Source: Acidobacteriota bacterium
Lineage (GTDB): Bacteria > Acidobacteriota > UBA6911 > RPQK01 > JAJDTT01
DNA: 64,000 bases
Assembly (NCBI GenBank): GCA_965263035.1
Contig: OZ253580.1
Location: 5,376,001-5,440,000, forward strand
Direction of reading: 5' to 3'
The position numbers and the translations under genes were made by a program. How positions within the stretch are numbered: position 1 is the first letter of the stretch; every line of letters starts with the position of its first letter. Positions 1 to 10,073 of this stretch are shown here, piece by piece. The notes beneath the pieces were generated by a model. That model searched no databases and was not told the origin of the DNA. It saw only the letters and a program-made list of their open reading frames with translations.

Positions 1-441
1 TTGGAAACGGCCCAGAACAAGTTCGAGAGGGAACGGCAGCCTGGCGTCGTTCGTCACGCCGAACGATTTTTCGAGCGGATCACCGGGGGCCGATACCCAC
101 AGGTGTACGCCCCCCTGGGAGAACGGACGATCATCGTCACCGACGATACCGGTCGCCGGAAGTCGCCGGACGAGTTGAGCCGGGGAACCCGGGAGCAGTT
201 GTTCCTGTCGTTGCGTTTCGGACTGATCCGGGAACTGGGCCAGCGGACGGAACCGTTGCCCGTGGTCGTGGACGAGGTCCTGGTGAATTTCGATCCGGAC
301 CGTGCATTGCGGGCGGCCCGCGCCTTTGTTGAGTTGTCTCGGACCAACCAGGTCCTGGTCTTTACCTGTCACCCGACGGTGGTTGAATTATTCCAAGAGG
401 CAGCGGGAGAGAAGAGCCCGGATTTGATCCGCGTTGGGTAG
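1..441 (+). CDS. C-terminal part of a YhaN-like/AAA_27 SMC-type ATPase (5' end outside the window)
   Basis: ABC signature-like LSRGTREQLFLSLR and Walker B/D-loop PVVVDEVLVNFD, followed by the H-loop VFTCH. Confidence 0.8.
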   Translation: METAQNKFERERQPGVVRHAERFFERITGGRYPQVYAPLGERTIIVTDDTGRRKSPDELSRGTREQLFLSLRFGLIRELGQRTEPLPVVVDEVLVNFDPDRALRAARAFVELSRTNQVLVFTCHPTVVELFQEAAGEKSPDLIRVG

Positions 442-687
442 ATTCCGGTCAAGTTTCCACGAAGGTTGGACAAGACCAGTTTCGGCAATCAGTAGAGGGT
501 ACCGGAAATGCTCATTAAACCCGTCCCCCTTGCATCGGCTTGGCGTACGACTCACACCGCTGTTTCTGGCCGCATGCTGTTGTTTCGGGAGGTATTGGTT
601 CAGGAAGGGGGAAGCGCCCGGCAGGAGCTCGGTGGCAAGTGGCTCACGGACACGGACGTAAGCATTCGGATAGGGGAAAAAACATAG

Positions 688-885
688 TTGACACTGGGCG
701 TTCACAACCTGTTCAATGTCGTTCCCGACGAGAACACGGTTGGACAGTCGCGGAGTGGGCGACTCGAAGATTCCGCTGGTAATATGATCATCGACTCGCC
801 GGGTATCTTCGTCTTCTCGCGCCGGTCTACCCCGTTCGGCCTCAACGGTGGATTTCTCTACGCTCGCTATAGTGTTCGATGGTAA
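688..885 (+). pseudogene. Remnant C-terminus of a TonB-dependent receptor
   Basis: TLGVHNLFN...TPFGLNGGFLYARYSVRW matches the terminal beta-strands of a TBDR with an aromatic C-terminal residue; no upstream barrel is present. Confidence 0.6.
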
Positions 886-923
886 CCAATTGCAGATGTG
901 AACGTGGAACGGAGTTGAAGCAG

Positions 924-1757
924 ATGAAGAAGAAGATCGTATCTCTCGCCATTTTCGTGTTCGGTTTCCAGGGAATGGCAGCAGCCCAGGATTCCATCTA
1001 TTCGGCATCCGGAGACCTCGTCTTCGCCACCAAGTACATTTGGCGCGGGCTGCGAGCGACCAATGACTGGAGCCTGCAGCCGGCGATGACCCTGGGAATC
1101 GGCGGCTTCTCGGCCAATGTCTGGGGGACGATGGACTTGACCGCCGTAAACCCGGGCGATTCCTTGCCGATCCAGCCTGGTGACGGCCTGAAGGGAAAGT
1201 TTTCCGAGGTCAATTACGTCTTTTCCTACGATCATTCTTTTGAAGGCGCTACGGTCAGCGCCGGCACCATAATCTATGCCTTTCCCGATCGGTCGGATTC
1301 GCTGCCTTCCACCACCGAGATCTACGGGGGAGTGAGCCTGGATTCCGCGCCTCTGGCTCCTTCGTTCACCCTCCATGTGGATCTGGACGAGAGCCAAGCC
1401 GGCGGTGGAAGCGCCGGAATGTACTTTCTAATCGCAGCCGGGCACAGTTTCCCCCTCCAGCACGACGTCCTGACCAGTTTCGACCTGTCCGCCACCGTAG
1501 CGCTGGTAAACGCCGGATACACCGATTTCTTTTATGGTGTCAGTGCCGGCGGATTCCACGATGCCAGCCTCACGGCGACCCTTCCCATCACCATCAACGA
1601 CAACTGGTCCGCCGGGTTCTTCGTTACCTATAGTGCCCTCCTGGGCCAGCAGATTCGCGACAGCCAGCTTCAGGATCCGCGGGAACCGCCCAAACCCACC
1701 GGCGCCGATCTGGCGGACACGCTCTGGGGTGGCTTTAGCCTGAGCGTCTCTTTCTAG
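924..1757 (+). CDS. Outer-membrane beta-barrel, TorF/TIGR02001-like putative porin
   Basis: Signal peptide MKKKIVSLAIFVFG (ATG at 924), KYIWRG and SLQP motifs, C-terminal F. Confidence 0.7.
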   Translation: MKKKIVSLAIFVFGFQGMAAAQDSIYSASGDLVFATKYIWRGLRATNDWSLQPAMTLGIGGFSANVWGTMDLTAVNPGDSLPIQPGDGLKGKFSEVNYVFSYDHSFEGATVSAGTIIYAFPDRSDSLPSTTEIYGGVSLDSAPLAPSFTLHVDLDESQAGGGSAGMYFLIAAGHSFPLQHDVLTSFDLSATVALVNAGYTDFFYGVSAGGFHDASLTATLPITINDNWSAGFFVTYSALLGQQIRDSQLQDPREPPKPTGADLADTLWGGFSLSVSF

Positions 1758-1778
1758 CCGTTCGGTATCGAGCCGAAT

Positions 1779-2654
1779 TTGATTTCAATGCAGTCGTCAG
1801 CGGTAGATCTGTGCGCCTTCAGGGGTCTCCTGGGAGGTGTGCTTCTCTTGCTGGCGATGGGAGAATCCGCGGCGCAATCACGCCCATCTCAATGGTACGT
1901 GGGCGGCGGGGCCGGGGTGAACTGGCCGTCCAGGATGGAGCAGGAAGGGCACAATCTGGATACCACCTGCTATCCGGACGAGGACTGCGGTCTCTTGCCC
2001 GGCGGGGGACCGCCCGGGTATCGATGGCGCTACGATGTCGAAGGAAAGAGGGGAACAGCGTACGAGTTTTCCGTCGGCCGCATGTTCAGCCACCTCCGGG
2101 TGGAACTTTCGGTCACCCAGCAGAAGAACGACCTCGAATCGGACTTTTCCGGGATCAGCTACGTGGACGGGTCACCCATCCTCTCCATCGAAACCGACCT
2201 TCAGGCGGAAGGAAGTGCCTCGGTCGGGGATCTGATCGCCCGCACGCTGTCGTTGAACCTCTACTATGACTTCCCGATGGCGTCGAATCACGTTACTCCT
2301 TATGTCGGCGCCGGACTGGGGGTTTCCTTTGTCGAAGTGACCGATCTTTTTTACGAGAGCTCCTATAGCGGTCCCGGCGGCCCCTACGACCCGCCGTTGG
2401 AGTTTTACTCCGGTCGGACCAACGAGGACCTGTCCGATCAGATTCTGGCGAAACACCTGTACGCCGGCGTCGACTTCGGATTGAGTGAAAGGACGTTGTT
2501 GGGCGTGAAGTTGTCCCACACTCGGATGGGGGACTTCGCGGCCACGGGGGGCTACGACCTCCATCCGATCCCGGGATTGACCAGCGAGACCCGCTTCAGC
2601 GGCATGGACCACTGGTTGCTGGGCCTCACCGTCAAGTTGTGGCTCGGCCGCTGA
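1779..2654 (+). CDS. Outer-membrane beta-barrel protein (opacity/Msp4/OmpA-like)
   Basis: Signal peptide, WYVGGGAG, LNLYYDF and TPYVGAGLG strands; the start may be the ATG at 1788. Confidence 0.7.
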   Translation: MISMQSSAVDLCAFRGLLGGVLLLLAMGESAAQSRPSQWYVGGGAGVNWPSRMEQEGHNLDTTCYPDEDCGLLPGGGPPGYRWRYDVEGKRGTAYEFSVGRMFSHLRVELSVTQQKNDLESDFSGISYVDGSPILSIETDLQAEGSASVGDLIARTLSLNLYYDFPMASNHVTPYVGAGLGVSFVEVTDLFYESSYSGPGGPYDPPLEFYSGRTNEDLSDQILAKHLYAGVDFGLSERTLLGVKLSHTRMGDFAATGGYDLHPIPGLTSETRFSGMDHWLLGLTVKLWLGR

Positions 2655-2719
2655 TCCCCTCTTTCCGCTGGCCGGCAAACACCGATCTGGAATCAATCCG
2701 GGCCGTGCCAGACCCGTGG

Positions 2720-3532
2720 TCAGAGTTCCAGCTTGCCCTCGAAGACCATGTCCTTGAGCTTGAACTTCTTGGAGACCTTACGACCCATGAGCCGGGTGAT
2801 GAACTCGATGTTCTTTTCCTTCACGGTGATGGGGTTCGATGTGGGGCGGGGAAAGACGAAGATCATCTCGACGCCGGACTGGCCGGTTCGTGCGTTCAGA
2901 AGGTGAACCTGTTCCTTTCTCATCTGGACGGTATGGAGAGCAATGGGTTCGCGGCCCTTGACCTTGAGGAAAGTCTCGGACCTGAGCCGTTCGACCACCG
3001 CCTGCCGCCGATCGGGGGGAATCCTCGTCATGCGGGCGGGGACTCCGGAGATGCCGATGATGAAGTAGTTCTCTTCCGGAGCCAGGAGTTCGGCCAACCC
3101 GGCTGCCGTCTCGGCCTGATCGCCGAACTGGGCCCGGGCGAAGGCCTGCTTGATGGGCAGGGCACTGTACCATCGCAGCGTCAGAATCATCGCCGGGGGG
3201 AAACCTCTGGTTAAGCCACCACCTCCACGCCCTCGACCACCGCCCCGGCCACCGCCTCGACCACCGCCTCGACCACCGCCACCGGAACCAATGCCCCGTC
3301 CCGACCGGTTGGGCCCGTCCCGACGGCCCGTTCGCATGGTGGTCCCAGTGACTCCCCGGGGTCGCTGCAAGCTCACGGTCATCTCCTTCGCCCAGGGGGA
3401 TTTGTTGAGCATCCGCATCACTTCCTTCTCGGACCAGTCGGAGTACCCGGATTCCTTCCAGAATTTACGGGGCCAGACCGGGGTCGTGGTCAGCAACAGG
3501 ATGCAGGAGACAAGCAGGAACGGTTTCCTCAT
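2720..3532 (-). CDS. Exported hypothetical protein with an RGG-rich insert
   Basis: Signal peptide, WSEKEVMRMLNKSPWAK, GGRG repeats, C-terminal FKLKDMVFEGKLEL. Confidence 0.75.
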   Translation of the reverse strand: MRKPFLLVSCILLLTTTPVWPRKFWKESGYSDWSEKEVMRMLNKSPWAKEMTVSLQRPRGVTGTTMRTGRRDGPNRSGRGIGSGGGGRGGGRGGGRGGGRGRGGGGLTRGFPPAMILTLRWYSALPIKQAFARAQFGDQAETAAGLAELLAPEENYFIIGISGVPARMTRIPPDRRQAVVERLRSETFLKVKGREPIALHTVQMRKEQVHLLNARTGQSGVEMIFVFPRPTSNPITVKEKNIEFITRLMGRKVSKKFKLKDMVFEGKLEL

Positions 3533-3567
3533 GGGCGAACCTCGTTTCTCAGGCGACAGCTACGATT

Positions 3568-5661
3568 TCAGACCCCGTCCGGAACGATCTGGAAATCCTC
3601 AGCCAGACGGTGCTGCTGGGATTCGGCGAAGCGCACCTCCACCACGATTCGATACTTGCCGTGGCCGAGTTGTTGCAACGGAAGCCGTGCATTGACGCTG
3701 GCCGCACTTTCCAATCCCCCAGGAAGGGCCTTCCAAACTCCTTCGTATATGTTCGTCCCCCCGGCGTTCAGAATCAAGATCCTGTATTCCCCGCCACCGT
3801 TGTCGGCGGTTTCCACCTGACCGTGCACGTAGAGGGTCTCGTGCCGGTGGAAGCGACCGCCGACCCGAGGAATGATCACCCGGCTTCCAATTTCCAGGGG
3901 ATTGGCGATCTCGGTCACCTGCTTGCCCGTCTTGATCCGGTAGCGGGATTTAGACGCCGATTCCTCCAGCTTTCCTGCCAACACCAGGGAGCTGGACTGA
4001 ATTCTCCCGCGCGTCGGAAGGTCCAACCGATGGTCCATTTGGGACAAATGTCCCGACCGGTTGTCCCGGAGCAGCACCCGGAGCACATACTGACCCGGTC
4101 CCAGGACCAGAAGATTCTGGTAGACGAAGCGGGTGTCCTTCTCCCCCTCCTGGCGCCGGCGGATTTCCACTCGGTCCCGGAGCCCGGACCGGGCCACGTC
4201 CTTCAGGTCGCGCGCCAAGATGATCACCTCCAGGTTGAGCCGTCCTGATTCGTCGAAGGAGGGGAAATCGGCGCGATCGAACGCCGCCAGGATGGGAACC
4301 CGGTACTGCCCCGTGAAATCGGGGAAGTATTCCGCCGAGATCTCCAACGGGAATTCGATCTTGGGGGCGCCCTCCAGAACGACCTGAAGCAGCTTGAATT
4401 CCTTCTCCGGAGTGCTCAGAGCGGCGTACGGCTTATCCGCGTAGAAGCCTTGCCGGTAGGCGACACGGAGGTCCTGACCCCTGATCGCCACCTCGACTCT
4501 TCGAAAACGGCCGTCGCTGGGAGGCGTGGGAGCGTAGTAGCCCAGCAGGTAATAGTGGCTCGAATCTTCCTGGGCCTTGCGGAAGATCTTTCCCAGGTCG
4601 TTGTCGTCCAGGAGCACCGCACCGCCGGTTTCGGCCGCCAGCGTGATCAGTCCCTCGCGGGACTGACTGAGGCGAACCAACTGGTTGAGATCTCCTCGAC
4701 CCGTGAAGATGCCCTGTCCCCCTCCCGAGCGGTGGGCGCCACCCCCGGGAGAGAGGGCCACCAAGCCCCGGGCATCGACGGAATAGATGCTGATGTTGGC
4801 CCGATTGCAGAGATCCGTGGTCCAGCGGAGTTGGTCGTCGTTTTCGATTCCCCGGCTGGTGAGGCCGGCCGAGAAGTAGACCAGCGCCTTGCGGCCGGGG
4901 ACATCCCGGAAGGCGTCGGCGATGGCCTGGATGGCGCTGAGCTGGTGATTGCTCTCGAAGAGGGCGAACTCGGTTTCGTCCGCCAGAAACTCCCCGTCGG
5001 AAGCCGCCTCCGAATCCTCATCCGGCAATGAGACGCCGCTTTCCCGATCCTGTTGGGAGAGTCGTCCCAGAGCCCGGGACAGTTCCCCAGGATCGGAGGT
5101 GAAATCCACGAGAAGCTCCAATCCCTGATCGTACGCCAGCACCGCAACGGCATCTTGCGGAGTCAGTTGCCGGTCCAGAAATCGAAGCGCCGACTCCCGC
5201 ATCATCCGAGAGTCCTGGATGCTGGCGTTGGAGAAATTGAAGAGGAGGATCAGGTACCGTTTCTCAGGCGTCGACGGAAAACCGGCCTCGGGTCCGGAGG
5301 GTGAGGAAGGGCGGGGAGTCTCGGGCACGGTCCGGGGGACGGTGAGGCGCTCGCTGTCGAGCGGCAGGGAAACCTCTCGGAAATACCCGAGCTTCTGGCG
5401 GACTCCCTCCTCCAGAAGGGTGAAGTCCTCCACCTTCAGACCGCGGACCGGGCGGCCTGCCGAATCCCGGACCTGGACATCCACCAGAATCAGATTCGTC
5501 CGCACGCGGAAGCGGATGGGGGAGTCCTGGCTCCACAGGCAGTTCCAGGCCAAAACGCAGACCATGGCGGACAAGACCATCCGGGCCGGGACGCGGCCTG
5601 GGGGCGTACGCCGGCTCGGAAGATCCCTGTTTCCGGTTTTGGGGAATAGCTTTATGGACAC
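3568..5661 (-). CDS. VWA domain protein (Acidobacterial VWFA-related type)
   Basis: FRVRTNLILVDVQVRD, GRKALVYFSAG, SIYSVDARGL, LAAETGG and YYLLGYY motifs. Confidence 0.85.
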   Translation of the reverse strand: MSIKLFPKTGNRDLPSRRTPPGRVPARMVLSAMVCVLAWNCLWSQDSPIRFRVRTNLILVDVQVRDSAGRPVRGLKVEDFTLLEEGVRQKLGYFREVSLPLDSERLTVPRTVPETPRPSSPSGPEAGFPSTPEKRYLILLFNFSNASIQDSRMMRESALRFLDRQLTPQDAVAVLAYDQGLELLVDFTSDPGELSRALGRLSQQDRESGVSLPDEDSEAASDGEFLADETEFALFESNHQLSAIQAIADAFRDVPGRKALVYFSAGLTSRGIENDDQLRWTTDLCNRANISIYSVDARGLVALSPGGGAHRSGGGQGIFTGRGDLNQLVRLSQSREGLITLAAETGGAVLLDDNDLGKIFRKAQEDSSHYYLLGYYAPTPPSDGRFRRVEVAIRGQDLRVAYRQGFYADKPYAALSTPEKEFKLLQVVLEGAPKIEFPLEISAEYFPDFTGQYRVPILAAFDRADFPSFDESGRLNLEVIILARDLKDVARSGLRDRVEIRRRQEGEKDTRFVYQNLLVLGPGQYVLRVLLRDNRSGHLSQMDHRLDLPTRGRIQSSSLVLAGKLEESASKSRYRIKTGKQVTEIANPLEIGSRVIIPRVGGRFHRHETLYVHGQVETADNGGGEYRILILNAGGTNIYEGVWKALPGGLESAASVNARLPLQQLGHGKYRIVVEVRFAESQQHRLAEDFQIVPDGV

Positions 5662-5676
5662 TTGGGGACCTTGACG

Positions 5677-8600
5677 TCAGAACATGAATCTCAGGCGAAG
5701 CTGGATCCGCCGCATCTCGGAGATCGATGTGATCTGTCCAAACCCGCGGGAGTTCACGATTGTGTTCAGTCCGGTGTAGTTGACATGATTCAGCAGGTTG
5801 GTGGCATCGGCCTGCAGGATCAGCCGCATGCCTTCGCCTCCCAGCGGGATGGATCGCGCCAAGCTCAAGTCGACGGTCCAGGATCCGGGACCCGGGATGG
5901 TGTTGCGGCCCGCGTCCCCGAAATTTCCCGGATCGGGGAGACGGAACGCCGAGGTATTGAACCAGCTTCCGGTGGATCGCTCCGCTGCGGGCAGCGAGAC
6001 AGGAAGTCCGGTCACGCTGGCCCGTTCGCTGGCCTGGGAGGCGCTACCGCTATTGTTGATCTGGTTGCCCAACACGCGGGCCGTCAGGAAGCGGCCGCTG
6101 TTGACCGTGAGACTCGTGTTCAGAAACCAGTTGGCGAAGATGGAACTGAGGACTCCCCGGTCTCGAAGCCAACGGTGCCGGTCGCCGAAGGGGAGTTCGT
6201 AGAAACCGCCCAGCCGCAGGCTGTGGCGCCGGTCCAAGTTGGAGGGTCCCCACTCGGAGCTCAAATTGTCGTCGTTCTGGGCCACCACTCGTCCTCCCCC
6301 TGAGAGCGTGGCCGCGTTGTCCAGCGACTTGCCGTACTCGTAGCGGAGATTCAGCGTGAAGCCGGATCGGACCCGTCTCATCGCCAACGCCTGGAGGCCG
6401 TGGAAATAGGAGGAGGCCCCCGGAGTCAGGAACAGGAACTGGGCCGTGTCACTGATCCGCAGGATACCGTCCTGGAGCCGGTTGGGTGCTCGCAACAGTT
6501 CCAGACCCGTCCCCCGGGAGCCGGCATATCCCAGGCTCAGGAAGAAGTTGCGGGGGAGCGCCTGTTGCAGAGACAGGTTCCAGGTCTGAACCGTTGCCAG
6601 CCGGAAGTGGGGGTCCACGGCGTAGGTGTTTGGGACCTCCTCCTCGAGATTTCCGGAAAACGCCGATTCGATGGGAAGAAAATCCTGTCCGGCCACCGTT
6701 TCTTGAATCGCGAATCCGAAGGGGGGCTGCGAGATCAGCTCTCCGGCCAGGGCGGTGTAGGATTCGTGGGGATAGAAGACTCCGTAGTTGGCCCGAAGGA
6801 CCGACGCCGATCGGCCTGATCTGAGGCGGAGGGCCAGCGCGACTCGCGGGGCCAGGTTGTTGCGGTCATCCCGGATCAGCCCTCGCGGAACGATTCCCGA
6901 ATAGGGTCCCCGGCTTCCTGGAAATACGGTCGCCGCCGCCTGGAACCCGGGCGCCACGTCCAGATTGGCCATCCGGTCGTACAACTCTTCCCACGGCGCC
7001 ACGTATTCATAGCGGAGACCCCACTGGAGCGTCAGCCTGGAATGAATCCTCCAGTTGTCGTTGAGAAAGAGGGAATACTCGGGAGCCCGCAGGTAGTGGT
7101 CGCTGTTGCCGTACTGAATCCGGCTGCTCTGGGCCAGACCCAGCAGGAAGTCGGCCAAGTCGTAACCGGTCCCTGCCAGGGGCCGGCGCGACTGGTAGGC
7201 GCTGGTGGCCACTCCGGCGAAAACCTGGACCCCGGCGCCTTCCGGGTTGCCCAGTTGATTCCTCCGGTTCCAGGCCACTTCGCCGCCGATACGGAAATGA
7301 TGGCCCCCCAGGGTCAGCTGGAGGGAGTCGCTCAAGGAATGGGTCTCCCGAATGTTCAACGAGGAGCTGCCGTCCGACAGCGGGCTATAGTTGGTGAACT
7401 GGATCTGGGGAAGGCCGAAGTCGATGGGAGCGGACGAGGTGTTCCCGATTCCCAACTCGGAACTCACGTTGGTTTCGTAGGCGAAGGGGTTGAGGCGCCG
7501 GTTCCGGTTGCGGTTCCAGCGGACGCGCAGGTTGTGGATCAGGCCGCCCGCAGTGGTTTGGACCAGGTTCAGGGAAAGGTTCTGTCTCCGGGCGCTCCGT
7601 TGTCCGTAAAGCGCTGGAAACGCATTGAATTCATCCCGGTCATTGCGGTCAAGGTTGTAGCCCCCCGTCAGTCGCAGGGAATCTGACAGGGAGTAGAAAA
7701 CCCTTGAGTTGAGACGGTTTCCGGCAACCCGCAGGGGGTCCAGGTTCAAATAGTTGAGATAAGGATCGGCGCGGTTGGGAAGGGGATAGAACCCGAGCAG
7801 AGACTGGGAGACGGGATTGAGCCGGCCAGCGGGAAGCGATGCCTCCGGGTAGGCCTGGCCGCTCGAGGGATCGAAGATTCTCACCGATTCTCCGGCCAGA
7901 GGACCGGAGCGATAGACGGTCCGGGAGAAGTCGCCCCGCCGCTCGGCAGCCGTGGGCACCGATGCATACTGCGATCGCAGCTCGTCTCCCCAATTGGTGT
8001 TGAAGTCGACGAAGAAGAAGGAACGGCGGCGCCGGAAGAAGGACCCTCTCGAGGAATTGTCCTGACGGGTCAGGGGTCCGCCGGCCGACACCCCGGTGTT
8101 CCAGGAAACGTATTCCGGGTCCGGTGTGTCGCGGCCGTCCAGGGAATAGGGCTTCGCGTCCAGTGCCGAGCCGGAGAGTCCCATGGAGACGCTGCCCTGG
8201 ACCCGATTGACTCGGCCCCCGGCGATGCGGGCTCCCCGGAATCCCCCGCGTCTGCCACCTGCACCACGACCCATGACCGCACCCATGATCTGGCTCTCGC
8301 TGGCTCCGAATCCGCCTCCCTGGCGGAGCGATGCCCCTTGAATCAGCACTTCGTCGGTGGTCTCCCCGAGACCTCCGTCCTGGGCCCCGGCGCTCTGCCG
8401 ATCACCGATACGGATTTCCTCGAAGGGGTCGTCCTCCAGAGTATTCCGGCCACGCTGACGGCGTTGCCTGGGAGGGGGAGGGGCCGCTTCGGCCTGGAAA
8501 AAGTCCCTCTCGAACTCGAGACCCCACTGGTAGCCCTTCCACGACTGGGAGGTTTCGATTTCGAATCCTCCTCCAAACCCCATTCTTCCGCCCCCGCCTC

Positions 8601-9306
8601 GGCCGCCGGGGCGATTCCCCCTTCCGAAACCGCCGCCTCGGCCGAAGCCACCCATCGTAACGGTGGCCGTTTGAAATCGAGGAACCGCGATCCCTTGATT
8701 CGGGTCGAGGGCCAGGTCCAGGGTCAGGCGGGCTTCGCTGATGAAGACACCGGCCGAGAATCGCATCTGAACTCGCAGCGGCATGGCGGTTTCAGGATCG
8801 ATCCAGATCCGGGCTTCCTTCACCTTCAAACCACGGATCTTGGGCTCCGTCTTCACCTCGACGGCGGATCGTTCGTCGACCTCGGCCGGGCCTACGACCT
8901 CCGCCTTCCTCAGGAAGCCCTGAGAGGTCAGAATGTCGAGCCCCTCCAGCGGACCGAGAACATTCATGAAACGTCCGCCCCGGCCGCGTCGGGAGGAGGG
9001 GTCCAGGGGTCGGCCATTCCGTCTCAGGCTCAGGATCTCTTTCTTGAACTCCTTCGTGCCGCCCAGATAGTGGCGTTCCCGAGAATCGAACCGCTGATTC
9101 CCGAATGGCGTGTTGGCCACGGTGCGGCCTTCGACCTCCACCGAATAGCCCGTCAGAAGTTCCTTTCTGAGCTCGAGCACGCGGGCGAGACGCTGCAGGA
9201 GATCCGGGTCCGGAGATCCGGAGCAGGGAATCGAGGCAATCAGCAGCGCCACTGCCGGAATCGTCCAACGGTGGCGCCGCGTCCTGGATAAAGGGTGTCG
9301 GCTCAT
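5677..9306 (-). CDS. TonB-dependent receptor-like (Oar-type) barrel with an extra N-terminal domain
   Basis: NDNWRIHSRLTLQWGLRYEY, DRNNLAPRV, GDAGRNTIPGPG and a C-terminal RRIQLRLRFMF. Confidence 0.85.
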   Translation of the reverse strand: MSRHPLSRTRRHRWTIPAVALLIASIPCSGSPDPDLLQRLARVLELRKELLTGYSVEVEGRTVANTPFGNQRFDSRERHYLGGTKEFKKEILSLRRNGRPLDPSSRRGRGGRFMNVLGPLEGLDILTSQGFLRKAEVVGPAEVDERSAVEVKTEPKIRGLKVKEARIWIDPETAMPLRVQMRFSAGVFISEARLTLDLALDPNQGIAVPRFQTATVTMGGFGRGGGFGRGNRPGGRGGGGRMGFGGGFEIETSQSWKGYQWGLEFERDFFQAEAAPPPPRQRRQRGRNTLEDDPFEEIRIGDRQSAGAQDGGLGETTDEVLIQGASLRQGGGFGASESQIMGAVMGRGAGGRRGGFRGARIAGGRVNRVQGSVSMGLSGSALDAKPYSLDGRDTPDPEYVSWNTGVSAGGPLTRQDNSSRGSFFRRRRSFFFVDFNTNWGDELRSQYASVPTAAERRGDFSRTVYRSGPLAGESVRIFDPSSGQAYPEASLPAGRLNPVSQSLLGFYPLPNRADPYLNYLNLDPLRVAGNRLNSRVFYSLSDSLRLTGGYNLDRNDRDEFNAFPALYGQRSARRQNLSLNLVQTTAGGLIHNLRVRWNRNRNRRLNPFAYETNVSSELGIGNTSSAPIDFGLPQIQFTNYSPLSDGSSSLNIRETHSLSDSLQLTLGGHHFRIGGEVAWNRRNQLGNPEGAGVQVFAGVATSAYQSRRPLAGTGYDLADFLLGLAQSSRIQYGNSDHYLRAPEYSLFLNDNWRIHSRLTLQWGLRYEYVAPWEELYDRMANLDVAPGFQAAATVFPGSRGPYSGIVPRGLIRDDRNNLAPRVALALRLRSGRSASVLRANYGVFYPHESYTALAGELISQPPFGFAIQETVAGQDFLPIESAFSGNLEEEVPNTYAVDPHFRLATVQTWNLSLQQALPRNFFLSLGYAGSRGTGLELLRAPNRLQDGILRISDTAQFLFLTPGASSYFHGLQALAMRRVRSGFTLNLRYEYGKSLDNAATLSGGGRVVAQNDDNLSSEWGPSNLDRRHSLRLGGFYELPFGDRHRWLRDRGVLSSIFANWFLNTSLTVNSGRFLTARVLGNQINNSGSASQASERASVTGLPVSLPAAERSTGSWFNTSAFRLPDPGNFGDAGRNTIPGPGSWTVDLSLARSIPLGGEGMRLILQADATNLLNHVNYTGLNTIVNSRGFGQITSISEMRRIQLRLRFMF

Positions 9307-9923
9307 TCCTTTTCGAAGACCAAAGTATGGTCCATCTCACCCCGGGGGGTGCTTAGAGTGATCTTTTGAGTCAAGGTCCTGCCGTCGTCCGAGAGACTCC
9401 AGAGTGCCTTCTGCTCAAGCTTGAAGGATCCTCGGGAAGTCTCCCGTTCCTGGACCTGCTTGACTTCCAGTTTCGAGCCCTTCCATTTGGCCTCCACGGT
9501 TGCGACACCCATGAAGGAGGAGATCTCCTGGGGGCCGGCTCCAGGCTTGAGAGTGATCTCCCGGGAACCGCCGCGGCGGCTCTCTTGGGTGACGGTCAGG
9601 GTATCGCTCTGCTGGCTCACCGACAGCTGACCGGAGATCAGTCCCCTTCCTCGACCGCCACCTCGCCGGCCTCTCCCAAATCCACCGCCACGACCTCCTT
9701 CGCCGCGGCCGCCACCGCCGCGGCCGCCGCCCCGAAATCCGCCCTCTCGATCGCCGCCGCGGCCGCCTCCACCGCGGCCGAAACTCGGCAGCTCGCTCTT
9801 TTCCTCGTTGAGGGTCCAGTTGCCCGAGAAGTCCGGGGTCTTCTCGGCCAGGCTGAAGCTGCCGGCCCAAACCAGGACCAGAAGCGCAGGAAACCATCCC
9901 CTGATCCGTCCCAATCGAGACAT
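9303..9923 (-). CDS. Exported lipocalin-like hypothetical protein with an RGG-rich insert
   Basis: Signal peptide, PDFSGNWTLNEEKS, WSLSDDGRTLT; ATGA overlap with the downstream gene. Confidence 0.75.
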   Translation of the reverse strand: MSRLGRIRGWFPALLVLVWAGSFSLAEKTPDFSGNWTLNEEKSELPSFGRGGGGRGGDREGGFRGGGRGGGGRGEGGRGGGFGRGRRGGGRGRGLISGQLSVSQQSDTLTVTQESRRGGSREITLKPGAGPQEISSFMGVATVEAKWKGSKLEVKQVQERETSRGSFKLEQKALWSLSDDGRTLTQKITLSTPRGEMDHTLVFEKE

Positions 9924-10073
9924 ATCGAATCTACCTCCCGTGTCCGTCCGTTATCGTGACTGGCTCTGCCAGTTTCACCCAATCAGTACGGTAACCGTTC
10001 CCAGTTGTTTCGTCGCGGTTCTACGAGGGCCGTTGACCGTTTCCAAGGCCCGGTGTTATAGACTGCGGCACCT

